Shown here: positions 11,693 to 24,079 of the stretch, piece after piece
How positions within the stretch are numbered: the stretch's first letter is position 1
How the letters are laid out: each line of letters opens with the position of its first letter
Source of the DNA: Squalus acanthias
Taxonomy: Eukaryota
DNA length: 64,000 nt
Assembly: GCA_030390025.1 (NCBI GenBank)
Contig: CM059432.1
Span: 95,358,001-95,422,000 of the forward strand
Direction of reading: 5' to 3'
Program-made: the position numbers and the translations under genes
Notes under the pieces: model-generated
Databases searched by the model: none
Told to the model about the DNA's origin: nothing
What the model saw: only the letters and a program-made list of their open reading frames with translations

Positions 11693-12986
11693 GTCGATGT
11701 CACTTATGATATCCTTTGTGACTATGACAAAGGTAAACTATCCCTCCTCGTCCTTCTCGAATTGTCTGCAGCCTTTGACATGGTTGTCCACTCCATTCTC
11801 CTCCAACACCTCTCCACCATCGTCCAGCTGGGTGGGACAGCATTCGCCTGGTTCCATTCTTATCTATCTAATCATAGCCAAAGAATCACTTGCAATGGCT
11901 TCTCTTCTGCTCCCACAGTGTTATTTCTGGTGTCCCCCAAGGATCTATCCTTGGTCCCTTCCTATTTCTCATCTACATGCTGCCCTGTGGCAACATCATC
12001 CAAAAACACAGCATCAGTTTCCACATATAAGCAGATGACACCCAGCTCTACCTCATCACCACTTCTCTCGACCCCTCCACTGTCTCTAAATTGTCAGACT
12101 AGTTGTCCGATATCCAGTACTGGATGAGCTATAATTTCCTCCAACTAAATATTGGGAAGACTGAAGCCATTGTCTTCAGTCCCCACCACAAACTCCGTTC
12201 CCTAGCCACCAACTCCATCCCTCTCCCTAGCATCTGTCTGAGGTTGAACCACACTGTTCGCAACCTTGCTGTCATATTTGACCCCGAAATGAGCTTCCGA
12301 CCACATATCCACGCCATCACTAAGACCGCCTATTTCCACCTACGTAACATCGCCCGACTCCACCCCTGCCTCAGCTGATCTGCTGCTGAAACCCTCATCC
12401 ATGCCTCTGTTACCTCTAGACTTGACTATTCCAACGCACTCCTGGCTGGCCTCCCAAATTCTACCCTCCGTAAACTTGAGGTCATCCAAAACTCTGCTGC
12501 CCGTGTCCTAATTCACACCAAGTCCCATTCACCCATCACCCCTGTGCTTGCTGACCTATATTGGCTCCCGGTTAAGCAACACCTCGATTTTAAAATTCTC
12601 ATCCTTGTTTTCAAATCCCTCCATGGCCTCGCCTCTCCCTACCTTTGTAATCTCCTCCAGCCCCATAATCGTCCGAGATATCTGCACTCCTCTAATTCTG
12701 GCCTTGAGCACCCCGATTTTAACCGCTCAACCATTGGTGGCCATCCTTTCAGCTGCCAAGGCCTTAAGCTCTGGAATTCCCTCCCTAAACCTCTCCGCCT
12801 CTCTACCTCTCTTTCCTTCTTTAAGATGCTCTTTAATACTTACCTCTTCGACCAAGCTTTTGGTCATCTGCCCTAATATCTCCTTATGTGGCTTGGTATC
12901 AAATTTTGTTGTATAACGCTCCTGTGAAGCGCCTTGGGACGTTTTACTACTTTAAAGGCGCTATATAAATACAAGTTGTTGTTGTT
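11693..12986 (+). mobile_element. L2 LINE RT and 3' end
   Basis: LLVLLELSAAFDMV, LQLNIGKTEAIVF, LYWLPVKQHLDFKIL; tail AAAGGCGCTATATAAATACAAG(TTG)n. Confidence 0.92.
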
Positions 12987-14714
12987 AACATAGTTTGCTA
13001 ACAGGTTATGTCCCAGTAGAATCAGAAGGAAGCGAAGCAGAATGCCATGATGAACCTGTAGTTGGCATCATCCCACCAACTTCCCCAACTCTGACTCTCT
13101 AATACTTCCTCCTTGTGAGGTCGAGAGACTGGAGGTTGAAGGACCACCACCTGTGACCAATCTCTCGCTGCTGTTATGGGTGCCCTTCTCCTTTAGGAAG
13201 AATGTAAAAAGTGAGAATGCCTTTTGGTTGACATGAGATATAGTCAAACATAGGTATCAGCATGCATAGGAAATGACAGCAACTTGAAACAACCAATTAC
13301 ATACCATATGAAGCTTTTAGTGGGGTTCATGCATCTAAGGTTTTTAGTGAACAAGCACTTGCTGGGGATGTAAAAGGCTCCATGAAACCTCTTAAGCATT
13401 AATGGTAAGCTCTTGAAGCACTTCAACACAGGGAGGGGAAGGTGGTTGTAAGTAGTGAACATGCTTAGTACAGCGCATTCTTGGAAAGTATGGCTGCATC
13501 GGCTTACTTGATTAGGTCATTACACTACACAATCCCCATGGATGGCCTTCTGCTCCCTGTCCCAAGCAGAGCCTCCAGCCCTATCCTTATTTTGGTCTGC
13601 CCACATCCACTAATCCCTATGAAAACCTGTGCCCTGCAGCACACCTCTCAAACATTGCACAACTATTCTTTGTCCTGCGTGCTAAAAATAGGTTTCTGAT
13701 GATGCCCAGCCCTTTAAGCTACTGCAGCCATTTAAATCCTGCAACAGCGTGCCCCCCCCACCACACCCCACACACACTGGCGAACTTTCAATCAAAGGCG
13801 GGAAACCGCCTTGATGAGTTCAATGAAGCTGACCCTGGAAACGTCATGAGAGTCAGCGTGGGTTCAGTTGGGTGGGTGGAAGTCCTGCCCAGCCACACTT
13901 CCAGAGGTGATCTCGCCAGAGAGGAAAATCTACGTCTAAGAGGAGTCTCCTCAACTTCCTCTCAATCTCTTGCAACATCCTCCAGTAGGATACCGAAGCC
14001 TGAACTGCTGCAGGGTTGTATCACCCAACATCAGTCCATTGTCTTGTATATATCATACTTCCACCCTCACATTCCTTAATGATCCCACTGCAAACACAAG
14101 AAAAATTATACACTCTCCATTTATTTCTACAATTTTTACATGTAGTCAAGTCTTCATTTCATCAATGTCTTGCATCATTTTTGGCTCACATTCGCAAGGA
14201 CAATAAAATAATTTTCACTGCAACTCTTCTCAACATGCCTTGTGTGCCTAAAGCCCCATACAGCAGTGACTCAATCATTTCACTATACACGGCAGAGCAA
14301 AATAATCATGTGTTAAACCAGGCTTATTTTACTTCACTTTTTAAATAGGCAGAGATATTTCTGTAACATATTCTTATTAAGTGAGGAAGATTTGATGGAT
14401 AAAACAGACTGATGAACTGGGATTCATGGCTACTGATTTTTCAAGGCTGGTGCACATTGTTATCTGAGTGCTGGTCTTCAGAACATCGACCTCAGAGTTG
14501 AAAATCAAGATTATTGGTTTCTGAAGGCCAAACCCTATTTTACAGATCTGTTTGCACAGTTTGGTACTGGGCATAATTGCTATTGAGTTAACAAGCCAAT
14601 AAGTATTGAAATAACTCTTTAACAAAGTATTGTACTATAACGGCTACATACATGACGTCAATTTAACTTGTGTGAAAATTTGTTAACATTGATCACACCA
14701 CATTCTCTTTACAG

Positions 14715-14796
14715 TTGGCTGCTTAAAATGTTGCTCCTTAACCACCACAGCAACCTCTTTGATCAGTGGAGAGTAGAGGGGTCTCTCTCTGATCAG
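14715..14796 (+). CDS. Candidate internal exon (WLLKMLLLNHHSNLFDQWRVEGSLSDQ)
   Basis: Acceptor CATTCTCTTTACAG, donor CAG|GTAACT, one open frame; phase-compatible with 15232-15322. No recognised homology. Confidence 0.2.
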
Positions 14797-15231
14797 GTAA
14801 CTCCCTAACTAAATCATCCCAATCACTCCAGACAGGCTTGACTGCTGAAGTTGTAAACACTATACCGTAAATATGGTGCAGCTTCATTCCTGTAAAACAT
14901 AGCTGCAGGACTCTATGCAAGACGCTGAATACATATACTGTTCAACAGCACAACTGTAAACTTTACCCCCGTAGTGAAATAAATTTTAACTAATGTTTTT
15001 AATGTAAGTCTGGTACTTTATCTGCAGGGCTTGCTTCAAGGTAACTCTCATTAACCCATAATGAGACAGTTTAGTAACTCTTAAATAAAAATTCCATAAT
15101 TCTTTTCATTTTTTAGTAAGTTTTAATGAAATAACCTATCCGTAGCAATCAGGAAACATGCACTATTGAAGAATGGCTAAGGCAAGTGATTTGTTGCAAC
15201 AAGCAATTTGTTACTTCTCAGATCTGCTCGG

Positions 15232-15322
15232 AAACTGGCATTTGCACTGGTGCAAGGACTTTTCAAGCAAAATTGCCTTACACAGTCAGGAAATACCCAG
15301 ACAGAAAATTGTGCTACATCTG
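15232..15322 (+). CDS. Candidate internal exon (ICSETGICTGARTFQAKLPYTVRKYPDRKLCYI)
   Basis: Acceptor TTACTTCTCAG, consensus donor TG|GTAAGT; all three frames are open. Confidence 0.22.
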
Positions 15323-15659
15323 GTAAGTATAGAAGGACTTTTCACATGGTGACAGAACCATAACACTGGCAAATTTTGCAGTCAAAGAATGGAAGTAGCC
15401 ACTAAACTCTGATTGTCTGTGACTACTTTTTTACCCTCTGAGACTAAGCATTATTGTTGCTGTATCCTATCGACACAGAGCATCTTGGCCCTACATTGTG
15501 CAGAATTCTTCCCAAATGGTTTAAATCGAATCAAGTGACAATATGGCTACCTTCTGACTGATTCATTTAAAAAACTTATCGTAAAATTTTGACCTCTCCA
15601 CATGCTAGAAGTGTAATTATTAAGTATTTTTTAAACAGCTAAATTACCTCGGCCATAAC

Positions 15660-16078
15660 ATTTTTTTATTTGTTCACAGGATGGGGGGTGGGTGGGGGCT
15701 GTGGGGGTCGCTGGCAAGGCCAACATTTATTGCCCATCTCTAATTGCGGTTGGAAGGTGGTGGTGAGCCGCCTTCTTGAACCGCTGCAGTCCATGTGGTG
15801 AATGAACTCCCACAGTGCTATTAGGGAGGGAGTTCCAGCATTTTGACCCAGCGACGGTGAGGAACGGTGATATATTTCCAAGTCAGGATGGTGTTCATCG
15901 TCGCTGGGTCAAAATCATGGAACTCTCTCCCTAACAGCACTATAGGAGTATCTTCACCACATGGACTGCAGTGGTTCAAGAAGGCAGCTCACCACCAACT
16001 TCTTAAGGATAATTAGGGATGGGCAATAAATGCTGGCCATGCCAGTGATGCCCAAATCCCAGGAATGAATTAAAAAAA
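15660..16078. mobile_element. Two LINE-B 3' ends in opposite orientation (minus 15660-15893, plus 15894-16078)
   Basis: Both carry GCTGGGTCAAAAT..GGAACTC..CCTAA.AGCACT and AATAAATG tail motifs. Confidence 0.85.
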
Positions 16079-16712
16079 GGCCCAGTCTGGCAGCTATGTC
16101 CTTCAGGACTCGGCCCGCTTGGTCAGTAGTGGTGTTACCAAGCCACTCTTGGTGATGGACATTGAAGTCCCCCACTCAGAATATGTTCTGTGCCCTTGCT
16201 ACCCTCAGTGCTTCTTCCAAGTGGTGTTCAACATGGAGGAGTACTGATTCATCAGCTGAGGGTGGGCGTCAGGTGGTAATCAGCAGGAGGTTCCTTGCCC
16301 ATGTTTGACCTGATGCCTTGAGACTTCATGGGGTCTGGAGTCAATGTTGAAGACTCCCAGGGTGACTCCCTCCCGACTGTATACCACTGTGCCGCCACCT
16401 CTGGTGGGACTGTCCTGCTGATGGGATAGGACATATCCAGGGATGGTGATGGAGAAGTCTAGGACATTGGCTGAAAGGTATGATTCTGTGAGTATGGCTA
16501 TGTCAGGCTGTGGGACAGCTCTCCCAATTTTGGCACAAATCCCCAGATGTTAGTGAGGAGGAGTTTGTAGTGTCGACTGGGCTGGGTGTGCCTTTGTCGT
16601 GTCTGGTATCTAGGTTGATGCCGGTTCACTAGGTTTTTACAACTGAGTGGCTTGCTAGGCCATTTCAGAGGGCAGTTAAGCATCAACCACATTGCTGTGG
16701 GTCTGGAGTGAC
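16079..16712 (-). mobile_element. LINE-B 5' region and endonuclease domain
   Basis: LLTNIWGFVPKLGELSH, ILTESYL, GDFNVHHQEWLG. The upstream 75 bp match the SINE body. Confidence 0.85.
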
Positions 16713-16915
16713 AGAGACTCCCTCCCTCCCTCCATCACCGGCGCAGAGGGGCTACAGGGATGGCTGCAATGGGAAATCTAAAAATTCAAATTGCTATATT
16801 TAGGCTGCTCTTCTGAGATTGATGTTAAAGCACAGTATTTCAGTACAGCAGAGGAAAATTTACTCTGGATTTAACAATGCGATACCTAACCTGAGAGCGC
16901 TGGATGATGACACAG

Positions 16916-17045
16916 GGGTAGACTTTCATCTTCACTGCTTGGGTGGTAATCTGGGAGAGCAGATCATCCACCCTTTATAGAACCTGCCCGATTTGTATTC
17001 CATCCACCAGATCACCACCCCAGTGGTAAAGACAAAAATCTATCC
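16916..17045. mobile_element. Small MITE (130 bp) with 3-bp TSD CAG, inside an old interspersed repeat
   Basis: GGGTAGACTTTCATCTT / AAGACAAAAATCTATCC imperfect TIRs. The host repeat is uninterrupted at about 53530-53660 (reverse). Confidence 0.55.
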
Positions 17046-17689
17046 CAGGGTGTACAAGATGGAGCAAGTGGTCCATATCCAGCACATGTATCCCATAACG
17101 TGATGGGAGCAAAATTCAGAACAAATAAAATATATTATACTTACCATTCTGACAGGAATCTTTAATTTTCTACAGTTTAAGCTTACATCTGTTTAGCAGA
17201 AGATTTTGACCAGACTGTGTGAAGATGGCAATGCATCCTTACTGACTCTGGAAGCAAATTTCTTCGAAACCAACACAATCCCAGGAATTTCATCATTCTT
17301 GATAAAAATAGCAGGAAACAGAGAATAAAATGTGAACTGCACGGATAAAAGGTCACAGGCTTCAAACTGCATTGGATCACAGTGTTGTAAAACCCTTGCA
17401 AAACTCTCAGAGATTTATCATTTTTAATTTTCCTTATTTACTCTGTCCATGTCTTTTTCCTGCTACTGACATTGATTAGTTTCCATTCTTAGTTTGAAAC
17501 TCTGGTTTTATTAATTTACTTTTTAAAGCAGGTTATATTTTAATACAATAATGTAAGGAAACCTCGGAATTTAAAACCTACTGTGTGATATTAGCAAAAC
17601 ACTTATGAAAGTATTTGTATGCAGAATTTAAAATAGGAGAAATTCCTCTCCTCAATATTTTGACAAGGCATTAATCCATTTAAAAAAAT

Positions 17690-19676
17690 TCATTTATGGG
17701 ATGTGGCATCGTTGGCAAGGCCAGCATTTATTGCCCATCCCTAATTGCCCTTGAGAAGGTGGTGGTGAGCCACCTTCTTGAACCGCTGCAGTCCTGTGTG
17801 GTGAAGGTACTCCCACAGTGCTGTTAGGCAGGGAGTTCCAGAATTTTGACCCAGTGACGATGAAGGATCGGTGATATACTTCTAAGTCAGGATGGTGTGT
17901 GACTTGGAGGGGAACTTGGAGGTGGTGGTGTTCCCATGCGCCTGCTGCCCTTGTCCTTCTAGGTGGTAGAGGTCGCGAATTTGGGAGGTGCTGCCGAAGA
18001 AGCCTTGACAAGTTGCTGCAGTGCATCTTGTTGATGGCACACACTGCAGCCACGGTACACCGGTGGTGGAGGGTGTGAATGTTTAAGGTGGTGGATGGGA
18101 TGCCAATCAAGTGGGCTGCTTTGTCTTGGATGGTGTCGAGCTTCTTGAGTGTTGTTTGAGCTGCACTCATTCAGGCAAGTGGAGAGTATTCCATCACACG
18201 CCTGACTTGTGCCTTGTAGATGGTGGAAAGGCTTTGGGGAGTCAGGAGGTGAGGTGCTCGCTGCAGAATACCCAGCCTCTGACCTGCTCTTGTTGCCACA
18301 GTATTTATGTGGCTGGTCCAGTTAAGTTTCTAGTCAATGGTGGCCCCCCAGGATGTTGATGGTGGGGGATTCGGCGATGGTAATGCCGTTGAATGTCAAG
18401 GGGCGGCAGTTAGTTGCTCGCTTGCTGGAGATAGTCATTGCCTGGCACTTCTGTGGCGCGAATGTTACCTACCACTTAACAATCCAAGCCTGAATGTCAT
18501 CCAGGTCTTGCTGCATGCGGGCATGGACTGCTTCATTATCTGAGGAGTTGCGAATGGCACTGAACACTGTGCAGTCATCAGCGAACATCCCCACTTCTGA
18601 CCTTCTGTTGGAGGGAAGGTCATTGATGAATCACCTGAAGATGGTTGGGCCTAGGACACTGCCCTGAGGAACTCCTGCAGTGATGTCCTGGGGCTGTGAT
18701 GATTGACCTCCAACCACCACAATCATCTTCCTTTGTGCTAGGTATGACTCCAGCCAGTGGAGAGTTTTCCCCCCGATTCCCATTGACTTCAGTTTTACTA
18801 GGTCTCCTTGATGCCAGACTCGGTCAAATGCTGCCTTGATGTCAAGGGCAGTCTCACCTCACCTCTGGAATTCAGCTCTTTTGTCCATGTTTGGACCAAG
18901 GCTGTAATGAGGTTTGCAGCCGAGTGGTCCTGGCGGAATCCAAACTGGGCATCAGTGAGCAGGTTATTGGTGAGTAAGTGCTGCTTGATAGCACTGTTGA
19001 CGACACCTTCCATCACTTTGCTGATGATTGAGAGTAGACTGATGGGGCGGTAATTGGCCTGATCGGATTTGTCCTGCTTTTTGTGGACAGGACATACCTG
19101 GGCAGTTTTCCACATTGTCGGATAGATGCCAGTGTTGTAGCTGTACTGGAACAGCTTGACTAGAGGTGCGGCTAGTTCTGAAGCACAAGTCTTCAGCACG
19201 ACAGCCGGGATGTTGTCGGGGCCCATAGCCTTTGCTTTATCCAGTGGGTTGAGCCGTTTTTTGATATCACACTGAGTGAATCGAATTGGCTGAAGACTGG
19301 CTTCTGTGATGGTGGGGACCTCAGGAGGAGGCTGAGATGGATCATCCACTCGGCACTTTGGTTGAAGCTGGTTGCAAACGCTTCAGCCTTGTCTTTTGCA
19401 CTTACGTCTTGGGCTCTACCATCATTGAGGATGGGGATATTCATGGAGCCTCCTCCTCCCATTAGTTGTTTAATGGCTCCACCACCATTCACGACTGGAT
19501 GTGGCAGGACTGCAGAGCTTTGATCTGATCCGTTGATTGTGGGATTGCTTAGCCCTGTCTATAGCATGCTGCTTCCGCTATTTAGCATGCATGTAGTCCT
19601 GTGTTGCAGCTTCCCCAGGTTGGCACCGCCTTTTTAGGTACGCCTGGTGCTGCTCCTGGCATGCTCTTCTACACTC
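17690..19676 (-). mobile_element. LINE-B (CR1/L2-group non-LTR retrotransposon), RT and 3' end
   Basis: KAMGPDNIP, NYRPISLLSIISKVME, QFGFR, GVPQGSVLGP, MFADD; 3' tail with AATAAATGCTGGCCTTGCC. Confidence 0.92.
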
Positions 19677-20577
19677 CTTTAAAAGTAACGGTTAATGTCT
19701 TGATTAACATAACTCTCAAAAAGATTTTCATACAAATGTATTGACATGTTTGTTACTAATATTCCAGAGTGCAAATTCAACTCCTAGATTATCCCAAAGC
19801 AATAATGAACTCCAAAGCTATGTTTTTATTATACCTGCAATGGCTTTAGCAATTAACAGTAATCAATGGTGTGGTAAAATATCTGAGGGCAGATTTTTGG
19901 GTCATCTGCACCAGTTGTGCAAGCATATTTCACTATACGATAACTGCTCGGAGTGCCAAGACAGCAATCTTTCTTGCACCCACCTCATGCAGCATAATGC
20001 CAACCATGAAACAAGAAGTCAGGTCATGTGCTTCTCGGAGCTTCACATCTAGACTCGATCTTGTACCTTCACATTGGGATTCCTTTTGCTTCATTTTCAC
20101 TTGCCACTTCTTTCCCTCTCCCTCTAGCCTTGGCAAAGGTTGTCAATGGTTGAAATTACTTTTGCTCTTTTCTAAAGGCTATAAGAATTTATGCCGTCAA
20201 TGTTATCACTTAGCTTTGTATAGCAGCATCCCTTAAATTTCATTTTCAAGTTCCCCGTCTCCCAATTAAGCTAGCTCTTCGAACAAGCTCAAAGCCACGC
20301 TGGGAATAAGTTTATGCAGAAAAATTGTGCACAGTAAGCATACTTCACCTAAATATTCTCGATTGAACACTCCCAGGACCTGCATATCTACCTTCAGATA
20401 TCTGTATTCTTTGTTATATGTTGCTGTCCAAAGTAATCAGTTTGTAATTAACCTTTCTGCCTGATAACAAATCTGTTCATGCAGTTATAAAGTATTTCTT
20501 TATAAATAAAATATTGGAAAAATGATTATTCATTTAAGAAATAAAATCCAGCCCAAAGCTTTTGCTTTACAATGTAA

Positions 20578-21023
20578 CTGGTGTCAGTTTGTCCAGTGCT
20601 GGCACTCCAGCCTCTGAGTGAGAAATGCTGTGGGATTGAATCCCAACTGCAGGACTTCAGCACATAATTTAGGTTTACACTTCAGTGCAGTACTGAGGGA
20701 GCTATGCATTATTGCACGAGATATTAAACTAAGGCCCTGTCTGCTTGTTCAAGTGAACATGAAAGATCTCCATGACACTTTTGTGAAGAGGAGCAGGTAG
20801 TTCAGCCTGTCCTCTGCCCAAAATTCTTCCCTCAACCAAAACCACCAAAAACAGATTAACTGGTCATTCATCCCATTGCTGTTTGTGGGACTTTGCTCTG
20901 TGCAACTTGGCTGCTGTGTTTGCCTATAAACAACAATGATCACCTTCAAAACTAATGCATTAGCTGTGATATGCTTTGGAATGTCCTGAAAGATGTCATA
21001 TAAATGCAAATTCTTTCTTTCTT
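20578..21023 (+). mobile_element. DeuSINE/SacSINE1-like SINE, degenerate
   Basis: Collinear with 46760-47100 (reverse); GAGATATTAAACTAAGGCCCTGTCTGC Deu-like core; (TTCT)n tail. Family name is from recall. Confidence 0.65.
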
Positions 21024-23189
21024 TACAATGAAAGTTTTTGCGAAAAATTAGTGCAGAAAAAGAAATTTTTTTTGGAAATTTTCTTTACACATTTTGATTT
21101 ATGTCTCAATTAATATTGTCACAACTACATTAAAGGTGCTGTATGACCTAATTTGGTATTATTGTTAGTAGATTTGTAAATGTTGCAAGCCTATCACAAC
21201 AATTTGCCAAATACACCAGGAGCAACCCATGTGAAGAGTTGGGACTGCTCTGGGAATTAAAGCATCACCGTTGGGGCAGGGAAAAGAAAGGTACATAACC
21301 CATACCAAAACATCTAGGGAGGACATATTCCATTCATTCCCCTAGTGGTTGCGTATTTGGATAGCTAACAATAAAATGTTTGTTTTATTTCCTCATGGGG
21401 ATATTGTCCTGCAATTTTATGCCTTTCTTCATCAGCTAAGCTGATGCCTTTGATGCTCCCTTTAGCCAGCTGGTAGAAGTTGTGACTACCCATGTCTAAC
21501 ATTCCCCTTCAATTTTCCTTTTGCTCTTCTTCCTCGTGACGGGTACCACAGCCTTTGCTCAATGTCTCCCTACCCTACGTGGCTCAGGTTGGGAACCAAG
21601 TGGAGCAAAATGTGAACTTCAGTTATCTCCATTCTGTGGCATTGAATGTCAGTACACTAATGTTCAGTATTAATGAGCTAGCACTCCAGCCTTCATTTTG
21701 CAACAGGACAGGAGGCATGAGCTATTGCTGCACATTTTCCGCACACCTGCAAACGTATCTTATTTCCCAAGCAGATTCATCAGGCTTATTTTTGTGTTTG
21801 TTATTCCAGTTAGCCTTGAAAACAGGTTGTAGGGAGGTGGGAATGTTTGAATTAGGAAGTCAAATTTTATATATATATTTGTAGCATATGAGAAATGAAG
21901 GCAGACTGAATTTATATTTACCAAAAAAAAGTATGTTAATTCCTTTAACACTTTATTTTGGTAAATATAAATTCCTTTAATGTGAAATAACTCTTGAGCT
22001 AAATTTTCTACTTTTGCAGAATCTGGGTGCACCTTTGGTGTGGCAGGACTTCCACCCACCACAGAGATGTGCTCTTCATCTCAGCCAATTCTCTGGTCTG
22101 GGGGTCATTTAAACAATTTTGGAGAGCGGGCAGAGATTGGCTGCAGCAGGTCTTGGAGGCCTGTCACAGCTTAATGTGGTCAGCAGTCTCTGAGCTGCCA
22201 GTTAAAGTTATTTTAAAAATATATTTCTTTTTACATTTGCCAACTAAGCTCATACAATTGATTGTTTTGCAACCAATTGTCTTTTTTATTAATTTCTATT
22301 CATTTTTTAATTGCTATCTCGGATCTTTCTAACTTCACAACAGAAATTTTGTAAGTGACAATTTCAAACAAATTCAAAAACTGAATGAATGAGGTTGAAT
22401 ATTCATCATGGGATTTCCAGCTGTTTGCAGCTAGTCTCCTTGCTGATATAATGTCTTCCAACAATTTGAGTTATGGTCTTATTCAAAAAAATATTGCAAA
22501 TCATAAACCATCTGAAAAATATAATAATTAAGAGTTTGCTTTAAAAAGAGTGGCCTGGAGCAGCTGAAGTGCCAGATTCCTGATCAAAGGGCCTGAGTTC
22601 AAATCACAGTCTTAGTTCAGACAGCCAGACTTGGCCTTTACTTTTATTTGGATGAGTTTTGTCAGTTCTTAGCCAGTCTCTTTAGACGAAGTACTTTGTG
22701 GACTAGCAGAACACTCCAAGACAGCAATTATATGTGCTTCTATAGTGGGCCTCGTGTGCAGGAAGATGTCTGAAAGTGCTTTGCATCGAGTGGACTGGGA
22801 AGAGGAGAAATGGAAAGGTTTAGGCTGGGTGAGCAGCCACATACTGCAGATGCAGGCCTCTTGTTGGCTAAAGGTGAAGCAACATCAAACCATTCTAAGT
22901 GAGGGAATAATGATACCTGAGGGATACAGCAGCAGAGGTCCTGCAGATGAAAAATTATTTCAAAAGACTTAATTCCAAAGCTTACAAAACTGTGATCCCA
23001 AAAGTGGACCTTTTATCATGTTAACATGTTTTGAATCCCATGTTATGCAAAATCCTCTTCGGCAGCATATTCTTTCCATCTTACTGGGTTTGGCTGCCTT
23101 TAGTCTAAAACCCAAATAGCAAAAATGTTACAAGTTTCCACATCCAGGTTGTTGCACACAGTATTCCGAATCAATCTTAGTATTTCAAG

Positions 23190-23332
23190 AATAACAACAG
23201 AAAATGCTGGAAACACTCAGCAGGTCAGGCAGCACCCGTGGAGAGAGAGAAACAGAATTAAAGTTTCAGGTCGATGACCCTGCGTCTGTTGTTATTTCAG
23301 ATTTCCAGCAGCCACAGTATTTTGCTATTGTA
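23190..23332. mobile_element. Penelope pLTR fragment with inverted configuration
   Basis: AAAATGCTGGAAACACTCAGCAGGTCAGG (antisense) followed by TTTCAGATTTCCAGCA..CAGTATTTTGC (sense). Confidence 0.7.
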
Positions 23333-24079
23333 TTAATATTTCAAGAATTTGAAAGACAAATGGAATATTTTGAATTTAATTTTTTTTAATATCATTTGCT
23401 ATGCCATTTTATACACTTAGTTACCTAAAAGAGAAATTTATTTTACAATCGTGCTCTTTATCTGAAGAAAAATAATGTCTGCATCACACATATTGAGCAA
23501 TTGGCAAAATTGCCACATATACCCAGATACAGTTACTTGTGGTGTTTGACAGGTCCTTTCACACAGAGGATTGATTATTCAAACATAGAATGCTTTATCA
23601 CAAGTGGCTATTGAGTAATTTTGGGTAATTTTTTGTCTTCACCACTTTGCAGTAATCTGGCACACTATAGAACTTATTTCATTCCATTGAAATCAGTAGA
23701 TAGGAAAATGGGATTTGAGTAGACAGTGTGACAGAAATGAAATATTTTTGTCTTGTTTTAACTTGGCAGAGATAGCTTTAACTCATAGCTTTAACTCACT
23801 CATAAAACATAGGATTTTGTGGTGAAAGTGGGGCGAGTGAGGGGTAGAAAATTGGGTGGAGAGCCTAACGCGAGATCCATGCCCATTTCAGTACCAGCCA
23901 TATTTTACGGTGTCACTTCTGCTGGATGCCAGACTTGTCTACCCAAATACAGGCAGCATATTTAAATGAAACTGTAATGGTGTTTTGCATCATACGTCAA
24001 ATTTTCCATTATTGTCACCTCAGCAACTCCGAATGTTATTTCTGCTTGTAGACAACAGCTTTCCAGCATTGCTAGGCAA

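Noticed and set aside
17140..17290. Candidate exons on either strand with strong splice-like signals
   Set aside because: Stops in the frames needed to continue neighbouring candidates.
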